Below, piece by piece: positions 25,771-35,359 of a stretch of DNA of 64,000 bases. Position numbers and translations under genes: made by a program. The stretch lies in the NCBI GenBank assembly GCA_030587475.2, contig JAUQYZ020000253.1:1-64000 (forward strand). The letters run 5' to 3'. This stretch comes from Candidatus Sigynarchaeum calidifontis (GTDB taxonomy: Archaea; Asgardarchaeota; Lokiarchaeia; Sigyniarchaeales; Sigyniarchaeaceae). The notes under the pieces were generated by a model. That model was not told where the DNA came from and made no database searches. It saw only the letters and a program-made list of their open reading frames with translations. Within the stretch, counting starts at the first letter, position 1, and each line of letters begins with the position of its first letter.

Positions 25771-27954
25771 TCAAGGGATGCAAGGCGGTTCGCAGCCCCG
25801 ATCGCGAGCCTGGAGGGCGCGGGTCACCGCGCGCTTCAGCCCCTTGAGATCTGGGGTGAGGACGCCGTTGAGCGCGGCGAACACCGAATTGGCGAGGGTT
25901 TCGAGCCGCGCAGCCTTGGGCATTCCTTCCACGAGCGGTAGCACGCGGGCAATTTGCTCCTCGACGCGGGTATGCAAGGGTTGTAAATGTTCGCCACCGC
26001 ACTTCTCGGCATCTCGAAAGAACCAGCCTTGTTTTTCTATCCAGACATAGCCCGGATCTTCGTGCAAGAAACGATCGAGGGGGCGGCTCATGTCCGGCGG
26101 CATGAACCCCATCTCCACGAGCTGGAGGTCGAGCAAGGAGAGCAAGGAACTGAACGGGACCGGTTCCCCGCGGCGTGAGAGGATCGAGTCGATGGCTTGC
26201 TTCAAGACGGCGCCCTCGTCGGCAATCCTTCGCAGGCCCGGACCGGTTGCCGTGAACGGCTTCACGAAGGTGATGATGTAGTCCCCGGTCGGGCTGCCAG
26301 CCGCGTGCAACAAGGATTTCTCCGACGGGCGGGGCGGGGGCTGGTACACGGTTTGCTGGAACGAGAAGCCGGAATCGAGCATGCCATCGTAGAGCAAGCC
26401 GCGCACGCGAGCATCGGTGTCGTGGAATGTCACGGTCATGTACCGCCCCGGCTTGAGAACACGAAAGCATTCACGAAAGGTAGCACCAAGCATGGCCTTG
26501 TACGTGCCGAAATCCTTGCCTTGTCCCGCGTTGACCGTGATCTCGTTATGGAACGCGTCTTGCAACACGTGCGCCAAATCATGCGGGTGTTGCCATGCGA
26601 GGAAAAACGCGGCGAGTTCGGCGTATTGGATCGAGTCGCCGTACGGCGGGTCGGTGAAGATGTAATCGATCGACGCGTCAGGGATCCCCGCCAATTGCTG
26701 TGAATGACGCGTTTCGACGAGCGCCGTTTTTCCCTTGTTGGCGAAGAAATCGGCCTCGCTCGCAGCGATTTCCAGGACGGCGGGCTCGATCTCGTCGAGA
26801 ACTCGCCAGCCCGCTGCGACCGATGTCTTGCGCGACAGCCACCAGCATGCCGGGTCCTCGATGCACACCTTGCACCAGCGCTGAGCGCCATCCTCCCAGC
26901 CCGACTTCGCGCGCAGCCCGTTCAAGATCTTGGCGACCCGCTCCCGGTAACCGCCCGCAACGTTCACTTCGAAGTATTCCGTTGGGTTCCAGAAGAAATG
27001 ATGCGTCCACGATCCGACCTCGTACTTGCCGAGTGCCCGTCGCTCGCGCTGCTTGATGACCCAGACCATCTTGCTCGCTTGGGGAAGCATGCTGGAGAAC
27101 GTGAAGCGCAGCATGTCCTTGACCGCTCTCTGCCGATCATCTTCCGCCGGGATCGCCTCGATCGCCTTCCAAAACGCGTGCACCGCGATCAAGTTACGTG
27201 GCGTGAATAAATTACGGAGCCGCGGGTCTTGCCGCATGCCATGCCGCAGCTGCAAGAACGAAAAGCCGTTGGGATAGACCAGTGGCATGTCAAGGGACGG
27301 CAAGTCGTCGATCACTTGCTTGTACGCCGCGCTTTTTGCCAGCTCCGCCTGGGATGATGCCTCGCCATGCGATGGGTTCCCAGTCGACGTTCCGCACCTG
27401 CTGCACTGGCAGTAAAACCGGTACGGCTGGCTGACCCGGCGAGCGATCGATAACCCGGTCATCCCACACGCGCTGCACGTGAATGCTGCGTCCTTGTTTC
27501 GAGGGTTGGCTGGCAAGTCGAGAAGATTTCCGCAACGACATTCCACCACGTCTCGCCAAAGCACGTGCGTGATCGTTGCAAGTTTTTCACACGCCGGGCA
27601 CGATATAGAATAAAGACATTCGATGGATGGGGAGACCTGGTCATAAATGGACTTCGCCAACCGCTCGAACTCGGTATAATCGACGCGGGCAATGGTGTTT
27701 CTAGAAATAAAGGTCGCGAGAGGGTTGGTGTCGAAGGAGATGACGCGCCGCCCAAGCCGAAGTGCCTCGTTCAGCGTGACGCCCGAACCACCGAACGGGT
27801 CTAATACGACCTCGCCCGGCCTGGAATAATTCGTGATATACGCCGCGACGATGTTATATGGCTTCCTCGACCAGAATTTGTGCATCAAATACTCGGGCGT
27901 ATGGTTATGCGGAAAAATTGGCCGTGCGATGTGATCCTGGCGCATCGGGGTCAT
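25771..27954 (-). CDS. Amino-(N6A/N4C) DNA methyltransferase with zinc-ribbon insertions
   Basis: HKFWSRKP, LDPFGGSG (motif I), four Cys pairs, FTDPPY (motif IV), RVLKPG; ATGA overlap with the dUTPase stop. Confidence 0.88.
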   Translation of the reverse strand: MTPMRQDHIARPIFPHNHTPEYLMHKFWSRKPYNIVAAYITNYSRPGEVVLDPFGGSGVTLNEALRLGRRVISFDTNPLATFISRNTIARVDYTEFERLAKSIYDQVSPSIECLYSISCPACEKLATITHVLWRDVVECRCGNLLDLPANPRNKDAAFTCSACGMTGLSIARRVSQPYRFYCQCSRCGTSTGNPSHGEASSQAELAKSAAYKQVIDDLPSLDMPLVYPNGFSFLQLRHGMRQDPRLRNLFTPRNLIAVHAFWKAIEAIPAEDDRQRAVKDMLRFTFSSMLPQASKMVWVIKQRERRALGKYEVGSWTHHFFWNPTEYFEVNVAGGYRERVAKILNGLRAKSGWEDGAQRWCKVCIEDPACWWLSRKTSVAAGWRVLDEIEPAVLEIAASEADFFANKGKTALVETRHSQQLAGIPDASIDYIFTDPPYGDSIQYAELAAFFLAWQHPHDLAHVLQDAFHNEITVNAGQGKDFGTYKAMLGATFRECFRVLKPGRYMTVTFHDTDARVRGLLYDGMLDSGFSFQQTVYQPPPRPSEKSLLHAAGSPTGDYIITFVKPFTATGPGLRRIADEGAVLKQAIDSILSRRGEPVPFSSLLSLLDLQLVEMGFMPPDMSRPLDRFLHEDPGYVWIEKQGWFFRDAEKCGGEHLQPLHTRVEEQIARVLPLVEGMPKAARLETLANSVFAALNGVLTPDLKGLKRAVTRALQARDRGCEPPCIP

Positions 27955-28466
27955 CGCTTCTTCTCGTTCTGGTACGTGCCGCTGTATCCCGTGGCGAGCT
28001 TCTTTGCTGTCTTGAGAAAGATGATCTGGCCGATACGGGCCTTGTTGTATAGCTTGATGCCATGTGGATTGGCCACGAGGAAGAGTCCCCGGCCATAACC
28101 AGAATAGCCCGAATCCCACAGCGCAGATGCAAGGTACACGCCGCCCGCCATCAACGTGGATCGAGGGAGGATGACGCCGACGCAGTCGAGGGGAACGGTC
28201 ACTTTCTGGCCATAGGCGACCATGTACGAGCCTTGCTCCAGATCCCAGTAGGAACTGAACGGATCCTTCTCGTCTATATAAGTGAAGGGAACCTCGACTA
28301 AGTCTGGATTCTTTCTCCTTGAATTGTCGAAATCGACGACCAGTTTGGAAGCGAACTTGAAGACCTTGTTAACCGTGATATCGACGCCGTTCACAACCTT
28401 CTGTTTTACCGCGTCGACGAGGTCCTCGACACACTTGATCGCGTCATCGGAGGACATGACTACCAT
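27951..28466 (-). CDS. Trimeric dUTPase / dCTP deaminase family protein
   Basis: NGVDIT, PRSTL, WDSGY.G, RIGQI, YSGTYQ; start could be 28457-28487. Confidence 0.88.
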   Translation of the reverse strand: MVVMSSDDAIKCVEDLVDAVKQKVVNGVDITVNKVFKFASKLVVDFDNSRRKNPDLVEVPFTYIDEKDPFSSYWDLEQGSYMVAYGQKVTVPLDCVGVILPRSTLMAGGVYLASALWDSGYSGYGRGLFLVANPHGIKLYNKARIGQIIFLKTAKKLATGYSGTYQNEKKR

Positions 28467-28630
28467 ATGGTAAAATAATTTCATCAACCTTTTTGAACCG
28501 GGCTATTAACGTGTCGACACCTCGGTGCTTGCTCGTGAGCGCACGAAACGACTCATGTTTGGATCTTTCGCACAAGGGTTAACTACAAGAAAAACGCTTA
28601 GGAAATCATCGGACACGGGCCATATCCGAA

Positions 28631-30457
28631 GTGATCGAGGCGAAACTCACGAGCCAGAAGCTTGAATTCAACCCCGGGAAAGATATGTTCACGAACAGCC
28701 GGCAAAAAGGGCCAACAAGGTGGATCCTCTCCCACTTGTTCCACGGCTGGAACAAGGCCATCATCGCGGGATGGTTCTTGTTCATATTTACCAGCGCCAC
28801 CTTTACATCAGGCGTTGCCATCGCCATCGGCCAATCGATCGATGGCTTCATGTCCAACGACGAGCAAACTGCGCTGGCAGGGGTCATTCTCGTATTCATC
28901 TTCGGGATCGGCGCGCCCATCTTCGGGCTGTCGGGAAACATTCTCCGGGAGAGGCTTGCCCAGCGGGTCGAACAAGAAACGCGCGCCGAGTTCTTCACGA
29001 GCTTGCTTGGCAAGGACCAATCATTCCATGACAGGCAAAAGACCGGCGACATCATGGCACGGGCCACCGAGGACGTCCGCCTTCTCAACTTCATGGTGAG
29101 CCCGGCACTCAGTCTCATCGTCGAGGCGGCGATCAACACGGCTCTTCCCATCATTTTAACCATCTTGAATTTCCCGCCCCAGCTCGCCATCATACCGGTC
29201 ACCTTCTCGATCCTCTTCGTCATGGCCATACGCAAGTACATCCGTGACTTGACACCGCCGACCCAGCAAGCTCGGACGGAGTTCGGTTTGATGGACGCGA
29301 CGCTCAATGACGCGTTAGAAGGGATCGACGTGGTCAAGGCGATGGCCCGGGAGGATGATGAACGCCAGAAATACATGGTCCATGCTCAGCTCTATCGCGA
29401 GGCAGCGATGAAGGAGGGTTTCATCCAAGCCAGATACATCCCCTTGCTCATGGTAGCCCTCGCCACGACGGCCGGGCTCGTTCACGCGCTCGTGCTGCGC
29501 GCGTTCTACGATTTCCAGATCGGCCAAGTCATCGCCTACACGGCGCTGCTATTGAACTTGCGGTTCCCGACGTACATCTCGATATGGGCATTCGCCATGG
29601 TCCGCGAGGCCGTTTCTGGCGCCGAACGGCTCCTCGAGATAATGAACAAGCAAACGGCGATCGATCAAAACCTGGCAGGAAACGCCAGGCGCATCGAGGG
29701 CCAGGTCACGTTTGACCACGTCACGTTCACCTATCCGGGCTCCACGAAACCCGTGCTGCGCGACGTCACCTTCGAGGTCGATGCGGGAAAGACCGTTGCC
29801 ATCGTCGGTACCACGGGTTCTGGAAAGACCACGCTCACCAAGCTGCTCTCCCGGCTATATGATGTAACTGCAGGGCGCGTGCTCGTGGATGGGATACCGA
29901 TTCAAGAATATTCCTTGGAGGCTTTGCGTTCCCAAATAGCTTTCATCGAGCAAGACATCTTCCTCTTCTCCACATCAATCGCGGATAACATATCATTCGG
30001 TAGAGCAGGCACGAGGGACGAGATCATCGCCGCTGCGAAGGATGCGATGGCTCACGAGTTTATCATGGCATTACCGAAGCAGTACGATACCCTCCTGGGG
30101 CAAGATGGAGTCCAGCTAAGTGGAGGGGAGAGACAGCGCGTGGCCATTGCCCGGGCATTCTTGTCGAATCCCAGGATCATCGTGCTCGATGATGCGACGT
30201 CGGCAATCGATTCGATGACCGAGGAACATATCCAGCGCGCCATGAAGGGCATCAAGGCCGGTCGCACGACGTTCTTGATCACCCATCGATTGTCCCAGAT
30301 CCGCTGGGCCGATCTCATAGTCGTGCTCAAGCAAGGTCAGGTCGTCGCGAAGGGCACGCACGAGGAACTGCTGCGCACGAGCGAGGAATACCGGAAGATC
30401 TTCGTGAAACGGTTCGACCTCACGGTCGACCAGCTGCTCAAGGCGGGGGAACGTTAG
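28631..30457 (+). CDS. ABC exporter half-transporter (TMD+NBD), subunit A with a degenerate Walker B
   Basis: GTTGSGKT, LSGGERQR, VLDDATS. Confidence 0.93.
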   Translation: MIEAKLTSQKLEFNPGKDMFTNSRQKGPTRWILSHLFHGWNKAIIAGWFLFIFTSATFTSGVAIAIGQSIDGFMSNDEQTALAGVILVFIFGIGAPIFGLSGNILRERLAQRVEQETRAEFFTSLLGKDQSFHDRQKTGDIMARATEDVRLLNFMVSPALSLIVEAAINTALPIILTILNFPPQLAIIPVTFSILFVMAIRKYIRDLTPPTQQARTEFGLMDATLNDALEGIDVVKAMAREDDERQKYMVHAQLYREAAMKEGFIQARYIPLLMVALATTAGLVHALVLRAFYDFQIGQVIAYTALLLNLRFPTYISIWAFAMVREAVSGAERLLEIMNKQTAIDQNLAGNARRIEGQVTFDHVTFTYPGSTKPVLRDVTFEVDAGKTVAIVGTTGSGKTTLTKLLSRLYDVTAGRVLVDGIPIQEYSLEALRSQIAFIEQDIFLFSTSIADNISFGRAGTRDEIIAAAKDAMAHEFIMALPKQYDTLLGQDGVQLSGGERQRVAIARAFLSNPRIIVLDDATSAIDSMTEEHIQRAMKGIKAGRTTFLITHRLSQIRWADLIVVLKQGQVVAKGTHEELLRTSEEYRKIFVKRFDLTVDQLLKAGER

Positions 30458-30458
30458 G

Positions 30459-32258
30459 ATGGGCTGGCTCGGTTTGGAGGCGGAGGAATATGACCGCCAG
30501 TATAAGGATCGTGCTTTGTTCGCGCGCATCATCGACTACTTGCGCCCGTACAAGAAACGGGCGTACGCCGTCATCTTGTTCTTGACGCTCTCGTCTGCGG
30601 CGAATGCGATCACGCCGCTTGTTTCGAGCATGATCATCAACGCGGTCGACATCACCGGGGATCCCGTGGCCATCGTGCTGCTCGTCGTGCTCGCGGCGGC
30701 ATTGAACGTGACGGGTTGGGCGTTCAACTACGTCCGGCAAAAAAACTCGGTGACCTTGCTGAGCGCTGTCGTTCTGGACATGCAGCAAGCCGCGGTCAAG
30801 GCATTGTACGGGCAAGATTTTCATTTCTTCGATCGCCAGGCGACCGGGAAACTCGTGAGCCGGGTAAATAGCGACACGCGCAATTTCTGGGACATGGCCG
30901 AACTCGTGATGGAGACCGCTTCATCACTCGTGATCTTGTTTCTCGTGTTTGTTCCCATGTTTTTCATCAATATAATACTCGCGAGCTGGCTATGCCTGGT
31001 CATTCCCGTGATTTTCATCGTTGCATCGGCTTATCGGAAGATTGCAAGAAAGCGCACGTTACTCGGGCAACGTTCGCTTGCCCTGGTCAATGACACTGTC
31101 CAGGAGAACATCAGCGGCATCCAGATAACCAAGACCTTCAGGCAAGAAGCAAAGGTGCTCGCCAAGTTCACGAAGATAAACGATCAAGCGTACAAGGTCA
31201 ACATGCGCAGGGCCATGGTCTTGAACTTCATTTTCCCGACCCTCGATTTGACATGGGGCGTTTTCATCGGGTTACTTGTTTTTTTCGGAGGAAACATGAT
31301 CCTGGCAAGCGGGCTGGTTCCCGGCGATCTTTACCTGTTCTTGCAGAGTGCCTGGTTGCTGTTCTTCCCGCTCTTTTCGGTCGCCGCGTTCTGGCCCCAG
31401 TTCCAGACGGGGCTTTCTGCCGCGGAGCGCGTGTTCGCAATGATCGATGCGCCTCGTGTCGTGAAACAAACCGGTAACGTGCCTATCTCCGTTCAAGGAC
31501 GGATTGATGTCGATCATCTATCATTCGAATACATCGCCGGCAAGAAGATATTTGACGATTTCTCGGTCAATATTAAGCCCGGTGAATCCATCGCCGTTGT
31601 TGGCCATACAGGCGCGGGCAAGTCTACACTTGCCAAATTGCTCATGCGATTCTACGAATACCAGGGCGGTGAGATCCGGATCGATGGCATCAGCCTTCGT
31701 GACGTTGATCTTTCCATCTATAAACGTCAAGTCGGCTATATCCCGCAAACCCCGTTTTTATGGGCTGACACGGTTGAAAATAACATCAAGACCAGCAAGC
31801 CCGATGCCACTCGTGATGAGGTCATGGCCGCGGTCGAGCTGGCTGGCGGCGCAGATTGGGTCGCAGAGCTACCGAACGGCATCGAAACGAACGTGAGTGA
31901 AAAAGGCAAGCTGCTATCTGCTGGCCAGCGCCAGCTCGTTGCCCTTGCACGCGTGTTCCTCGCGCGGCCGAAGATCCTGATCCTCGACGAGGCGACGGCT
32001 TCGGTCGACCCGTTTACCGAAACGAAGATACAAGAGGCATTGCAAAACGCGATGCGCGGTCGCACGTCAATCATCATCGCCCATAGGCTGTGGACAGTTC
32101 GAAATGTCGACCGTATCCTGGTTCTTGACCACGGACGCATCGTTGAACAGGGATCCCACGACCAGCTCATGGCCAAGAACGGAACCTACGCCGCGCTCTA
32201 TGACACGTATTTCAAGCATCAATCCTACGAGTTTTTAGAATCGATAGGAAAAACATGA
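30459..32258 (+). CDS. ABC exporter half-transporter (TMD+NBD), subunit B
   Basis: GHTGAGKS, LSAGQRQL, ILDEATA, AHRL; 1 nt after the partner gene. Confidence 0.93.
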   Translation: MGWLGLEAEEYDRQYKDRALFARIIDYLRPYKKRAYAVILFLTLSSAANAITPLVSSMIINAVDITGDPVAIVLLVVLAAALNVTGWAFNYVRQKNSVTLLSAVVLDMQQAAVKALYGQDFHFFDRQATGKLVSRVNSDTRNFWDMAELVMETASSLVILFLVFVPMFFINIILASWLCLVIPVIFIVASAYRKIARKRTLLGQRSLALVNDTVQENISGIQITKTFRQEAKVLAKFTKINDQAYKVNMRRAMVLNFIFPTLDLTWGVFIGLLVFFGGNMILASGLVPGDLYLFLQSAWLLFFPLFSVAAFWPQFQTGLSAAERVFAMIDAPRVVKQTGNVPISVQGRIDVDHLSFEYIAGKKIFDDFSVNIKPGESIAVVGHTGAGKSTLAKLLMRFYEYQGGEIRIDGISLRDVDLSIYKRQVGYIPQTPFLWADTVENNIKTSKPDATRDEVMAAVELAGGADWVAELPNGIETNVSEKGKLLSAGQRQLVALARVFLARPKILILDEATASVDPFTETKIQEALQNAMRGRTSIIIAHRLWTVRNVDRILVLDHGRIVEQGSHDQLMAKNGTYAALYDTYFKHQSYEFLESIGKT

Positions 32259-32323
32259 GTGGACGAACCGAAAAACATCGGATAAGGAGCATCTATCCCG
32301 CGTTGTATGCTTCCGCGCAACGT

Positions 32324-32585
32324 TTATCTCGGTTTTTTTTTGATAATACGTGAGATTTGATGCGTATAGAATGTCATTTCGAGGTATCGCTGAAAATCCG
32401 CAAGTTTCGTGAATTTGTGCCCGTTTTCGGCCATCACGGTGTTGGCGATGAAGTCGTGCTTGTTACCTTCAAGTCCAGCACCGTTCTTGATCGCGAGTTC
32501 CACGTGCTGCTTGAACGGCATGACGATTTTCGTGAACCTATCGGGAACATCATCGTAGCAGCAAGAGCACGAGTCCAGGGGCACG
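32324..32585 (-). pseudogene. Possible gene remnant or small protein (no clear start)
   Basis: Minus-strand frame has genome-typical codon usage (YDDVPDRFTKIVMPFKQHVELAIKNG...) but runs into the hypB start. Confidence 0.3.
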
Positions 32586-32600
32586 AAGACGGTCGCTTTT

Positions 32601-33320
32601 ATGGCGGATCGCGACAAGGTTATAATTCCCCGTGTACCTCTTGATTTTATGCCTACCGACCAAGAAGAACGCGTCGACCGCGTGATAGAGCTGAACGATG
32701 ATCTCCTCGCCAATAACGAGTCCTTGGCAAGAAAAAACAGCGATATGTTAAAAAAACTTGGCATCAAGTCGGTCGACATCGTCGGTGCCATTGGTGCTGG
32801 CAAGACGCTAATACTGGAGAAACTGGTAGAAAAGCTAAGCAAGAACCACAAGATACTCGTGATCAACGGCGATGTCACGCTGCGGATCGACGCCGACCGT
32901 ATCCAGAAGCACGGTGCCAAGTGCATCCAGATCAACACGGGGCACGAGTGCGCCCTTAACGCCTATCACGTCTACACCGTGCTCACGAAACTTCCCGACT
33001 TGTCGAAGTACGACTTGCTTTTCATCGAGAACGTTGGTAACTTGATATGCCCCAGCGACTTCATGCTCGGTTCAGACATGCGCGTTGTTATCGTTTCCGT
33101 CACGGAAGGAGAACACGTGATTAGAAAGCACCCGTTGCTTGTCAAGGTAAGTCAAATATGCTTGATAAACAAGATCGATTTGTTGCCCCACTTGGAAGAT
33201 GTTAACGTGGATCGCATGAAAGCGGATGCCCTCCAGATCAACCCTAGCTTGAAGGTCATCGCGACCTCGGCGAAGACGGGCCAAGGCCTCGACGATCTCG
33301 TCACGGCCATGCACTTGTGA
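32601..33320 (+). CDS. hypB: Hydrogenase nickel incorporation GTPase
   Basis: GAIGAGKT, GD..DA, TG.ECAL, IENVGNLICP, SVTEG, NKID, SAKTG. Confidence 0.92.
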   Translation: MADRDKVIIPRVPLDFMPTDQEERVDRVIELNDDLLANNESLARKNSDMLKKLGIKSVDIVGAIGAGKTLILEKLVEKLSKNHKILVINGDVTLRIDADRIQKHGAKCIQINTGHECALNAYHVYTVLTKLPDLSKYDLLFIENVGNLICPSDFMLGSDMRVVIVSVTEGEHVIRKHPLLVKVSQICLINKIDLLPHLEDVNVDRMKADALQINPSLKVIATSAKTGQGLDDLVTAMHL

Positions 33321-33354
33321 GGTCGTTCGTGCATACCCTTCAGAATAAAGTTGA

Positions 33355-33446
33355 TATTTAAGGAAACGGAAGTATCTTATAGGTAAACATCGCCGGCAGC
33401 CGCCAACCGAGAGGTTGCTGGCGCGGGCGATAGGTTCTTTTTTTTT
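33355..33446 (+). promoter_or_regulatory. TATA-like box, GC-rich hairpin and T9 tract in the leader of the Sm gene
   Basis: TATTTAAG 33355-33362; atcgcc/ggcgat outer stem; caacc-GAGA-ggttg inner hairpin; T9 at 33438-33446. Confidence 0.45.
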
Positions 33447-33478
33447 CGTCCGATCTCGTTCAAAGGTGAATTATACAA

Positions 33479-33907
33479 ATGGAATCTCGAGACGCAGTCG
33501 GGTACAACAAGGAAATGAACACGATGCTGGAAGCCAAGGTGAAGGTCCAGCTCAAGCACAAGGAAAATTATTTCGTGACCGGGACATTGAAAGGGTTTTC
33601 CCGATCGGATAGCATTTTCCTCATCAACGCCGAGGACACGCTCGGCAACAAATACACGAAACTCGTCATTCACGGGTCGGATTGGCTCAGTATTTCCTTG
33701 GAAGGAACTCCGTTCCCGATGGAAGGCCTATCCCTCCGCCTAAAAAACGTCTTTCCACCTGGCCAGGTCAAATATATGCCTGATATCCAGTCGATCTCCG
33801 TGATGGGGAAAATAACCATCAACGACAAGGGCGTTACCGGCGAAGGCCCGCTTTACGAGCGGGTAAAGGCCATCTACGACCAGTACATCACCGAGATAAA
33901 CAAATAA
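33479..33907 (+). CDS. Sm-like archaeal protein with a C-terminal domain (SmAP3/Lsm_C type)
   Basis: KVKVQL...GTLKGF...L.NA (Sm1), VIHG (Sm2), C-terminal VFP..VKY...GV.G.GPL.ERVK. Confidence 0.85.
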   Translation: MESRDAVGYNKEMNTMLEAKVKVQLKHKENYFVTGTLKGFSRSDSIFLINAEDTLGNKYTKLVIHGSDWLSISLEGTPFPMEGLSLRLKNVFPPGQVKYMPDIQSISVMGKITINDKGVTGEGPLYERVKAIYDQYITEINK

Positions 33908-33957
33908 ATCCTTTTCTATCTTATTCTCGTTTCATTTCACGCTTGAATAGTTATCCT

Positions 33958-34482
33958 TCATTTTCCAGCGAGCATCGCGCCGTCGAGCAGCTCCTTCACG
34001 GGTCGAAGCTGGCTGGCATCACGCCCGGCGATGAGGTCGACGTTCCCGTGTTCCCTCGTTCGCAACGTGAGCATGAAAAACTCGGTGGTAGCTGGAATTC
34101 CCCGGGTCATATATCTCTCCGCCCTGGCATCGATGCTGAGCGATTCAATATCGGACAAGTCAAATTGCCGCGTTTTCGATATCGGATGGCTCCTGAATGT
34201 GGTCATCATCGATAGCATTCCTTCCTTACGATGATAGACGAGATGCCGGCGGATGTTAAATGCGATGAAAACAAACACCGACGAGATTAGACCAGACACG
34301 GCAAGGGTCAAGATCTTGTTGAAGAGCGAATCGGCGCCAAGGATGATCGCGAACAAGACGCATAACAAAGCGCAAAGAGCCGACACGGGTAATATCATCA
34401 ATCGATTGGATCCGATCGAGAGGTCGAATTCCATCTCGTCATCCCGTTCCACCTTGAAGCTGAAGGTTATCCACGCGCGCAT
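33958..34482 (-). CDS. Two-TM membrane protein with a C-terminal PH-like beta domain
   Basis: Two TMs followed by a beta-rich segment including FDLSDIESL; start uncertain. Confidence 0.55.
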   Translation of the reverse strand: MRAWITFSFKVERDDEMEFDLSIGSNRLMILPVSALCALLCVLFAIILGADSLFNKILTLAVSGLISSVFVFIAFNIRRHLVYHRKEGMLSMMTTFRSHPISKTRQFDLSDIESLSIDARAERYMTRGIPATTEFFMLTLRTREHGNVDLIAGRDASQLRPVKELLDGAMLAGK

Positions 34483-34651
34483 GATGCGTCCATCTCGCTC
34501 AAACAGGCCTGAACAGGCCTTGCTTTTCTATTCTGCCACCTGGTGTGCCGGGAAAAGCTCGTGCTCTTCGAGATCATGGCAATTCATACCTATTTAAACC
34601 CATAGGGCACGAGCTTGATGCGCCCGTTCCAACTTCAAGATCAAGGCTCGC

Positions 34652-35323
34652 TCACCAGGGATAGAACGGTACGAGGATGAGGGAGAGCACCGTGCAAAAC
34701 ACGATCCCGACAGCTATTGCCAGGACGAACGGTACGATTCTCACACCCCGCGTCGCTTGTGGTAGGGGCCATCGCTTTTCCAACCTCCACCAGGATAGCA
34801 GTAGCAAGACCATCAAGGCAACTTCTATCCAGATCGCCCATTGCTCGTATCGAAAATCCGGGAGTGGTGCGAGGAGCACGTCAAGTGGCCAGGTTGTCGT
34901 GTGGAGGATCCCCTCCGGAAAGATCCCGGCAAATCCCCGCAACAAGCCCCAGTCCCACAAGTCAACCAGAATCCCGCCGAACAATCCCCACAAGTACCGT
35001 CGATCACGCCGGAGCATCCAGAACAAGAGCGAAGGAGTGAGGATGGCAATGTTGAGGATCGCCCATTGCAAGCTGCCATCACCCCAGTTGGAGATCGACG
35101 GGTGGTACGTAAATCGTGCCATAACATCGAGGAAATGGTGACCAATGTAGGCGAGGCTGAAGCAAAGCATGGAACGAATGACCTGGAGCACCGGCACGCG
35201 CGTGTTCCCCGCGCCGATCTCCCTCGCCAGAAAGGGGTGCACGTCGCTCAACCTATCGGGAAGGGCCCGGTACACGCAGAGCACGATCAGTGCCGAGAAT
35301 GCCAGGTGCGTCACGCCGTTCAT
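34652..35323 (-). CDS. Membrane protein, possible metal-dependent hydrolase (YdjM-like)
   Basis: THLAF, GHHFLD, D..D and LH motifs within TMs. Confidence 0.6.
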   Translation of the reverse strand: MNGVTHLAFSALIVLCVYRALPDRLSDVHPFLAREIGAGNTRVPVLQVIRSMLCFSLAYIGHHFLDVMARFTYHPSISNWGDGSLQWAILNIAILTPSLLFWMLRRDRRYLWGLFGGILVDLWDWGLLRGFAGIFPEGILHTTTWPLDVLLAPLPDFRYEQWAIWIEVALMVLLLLSWWRLEKRWPLPQATRGVRIVPFVLAIAVGIVFCTVLSLILVPFYPW

Positions 35324-35359
35324 ATAAACCGCCCGGTCGTCATTAAAAGGAAAAAAGAA

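Noticed and set aside
27955-28119. N-terminal extension of the methyltransferase (782-aa ORF)
   Set aside because: It overlaps the dUTPase gene in another frame; the ATGA junction at 27951-27954 marks the real start.
28631-32258. Degenerate ATPase motifs as a sign of pseudogenisation
   Set aside because: One degenerate site (DD Walker B; LSAGQ) is normal for heterodimeric ABC exporters.
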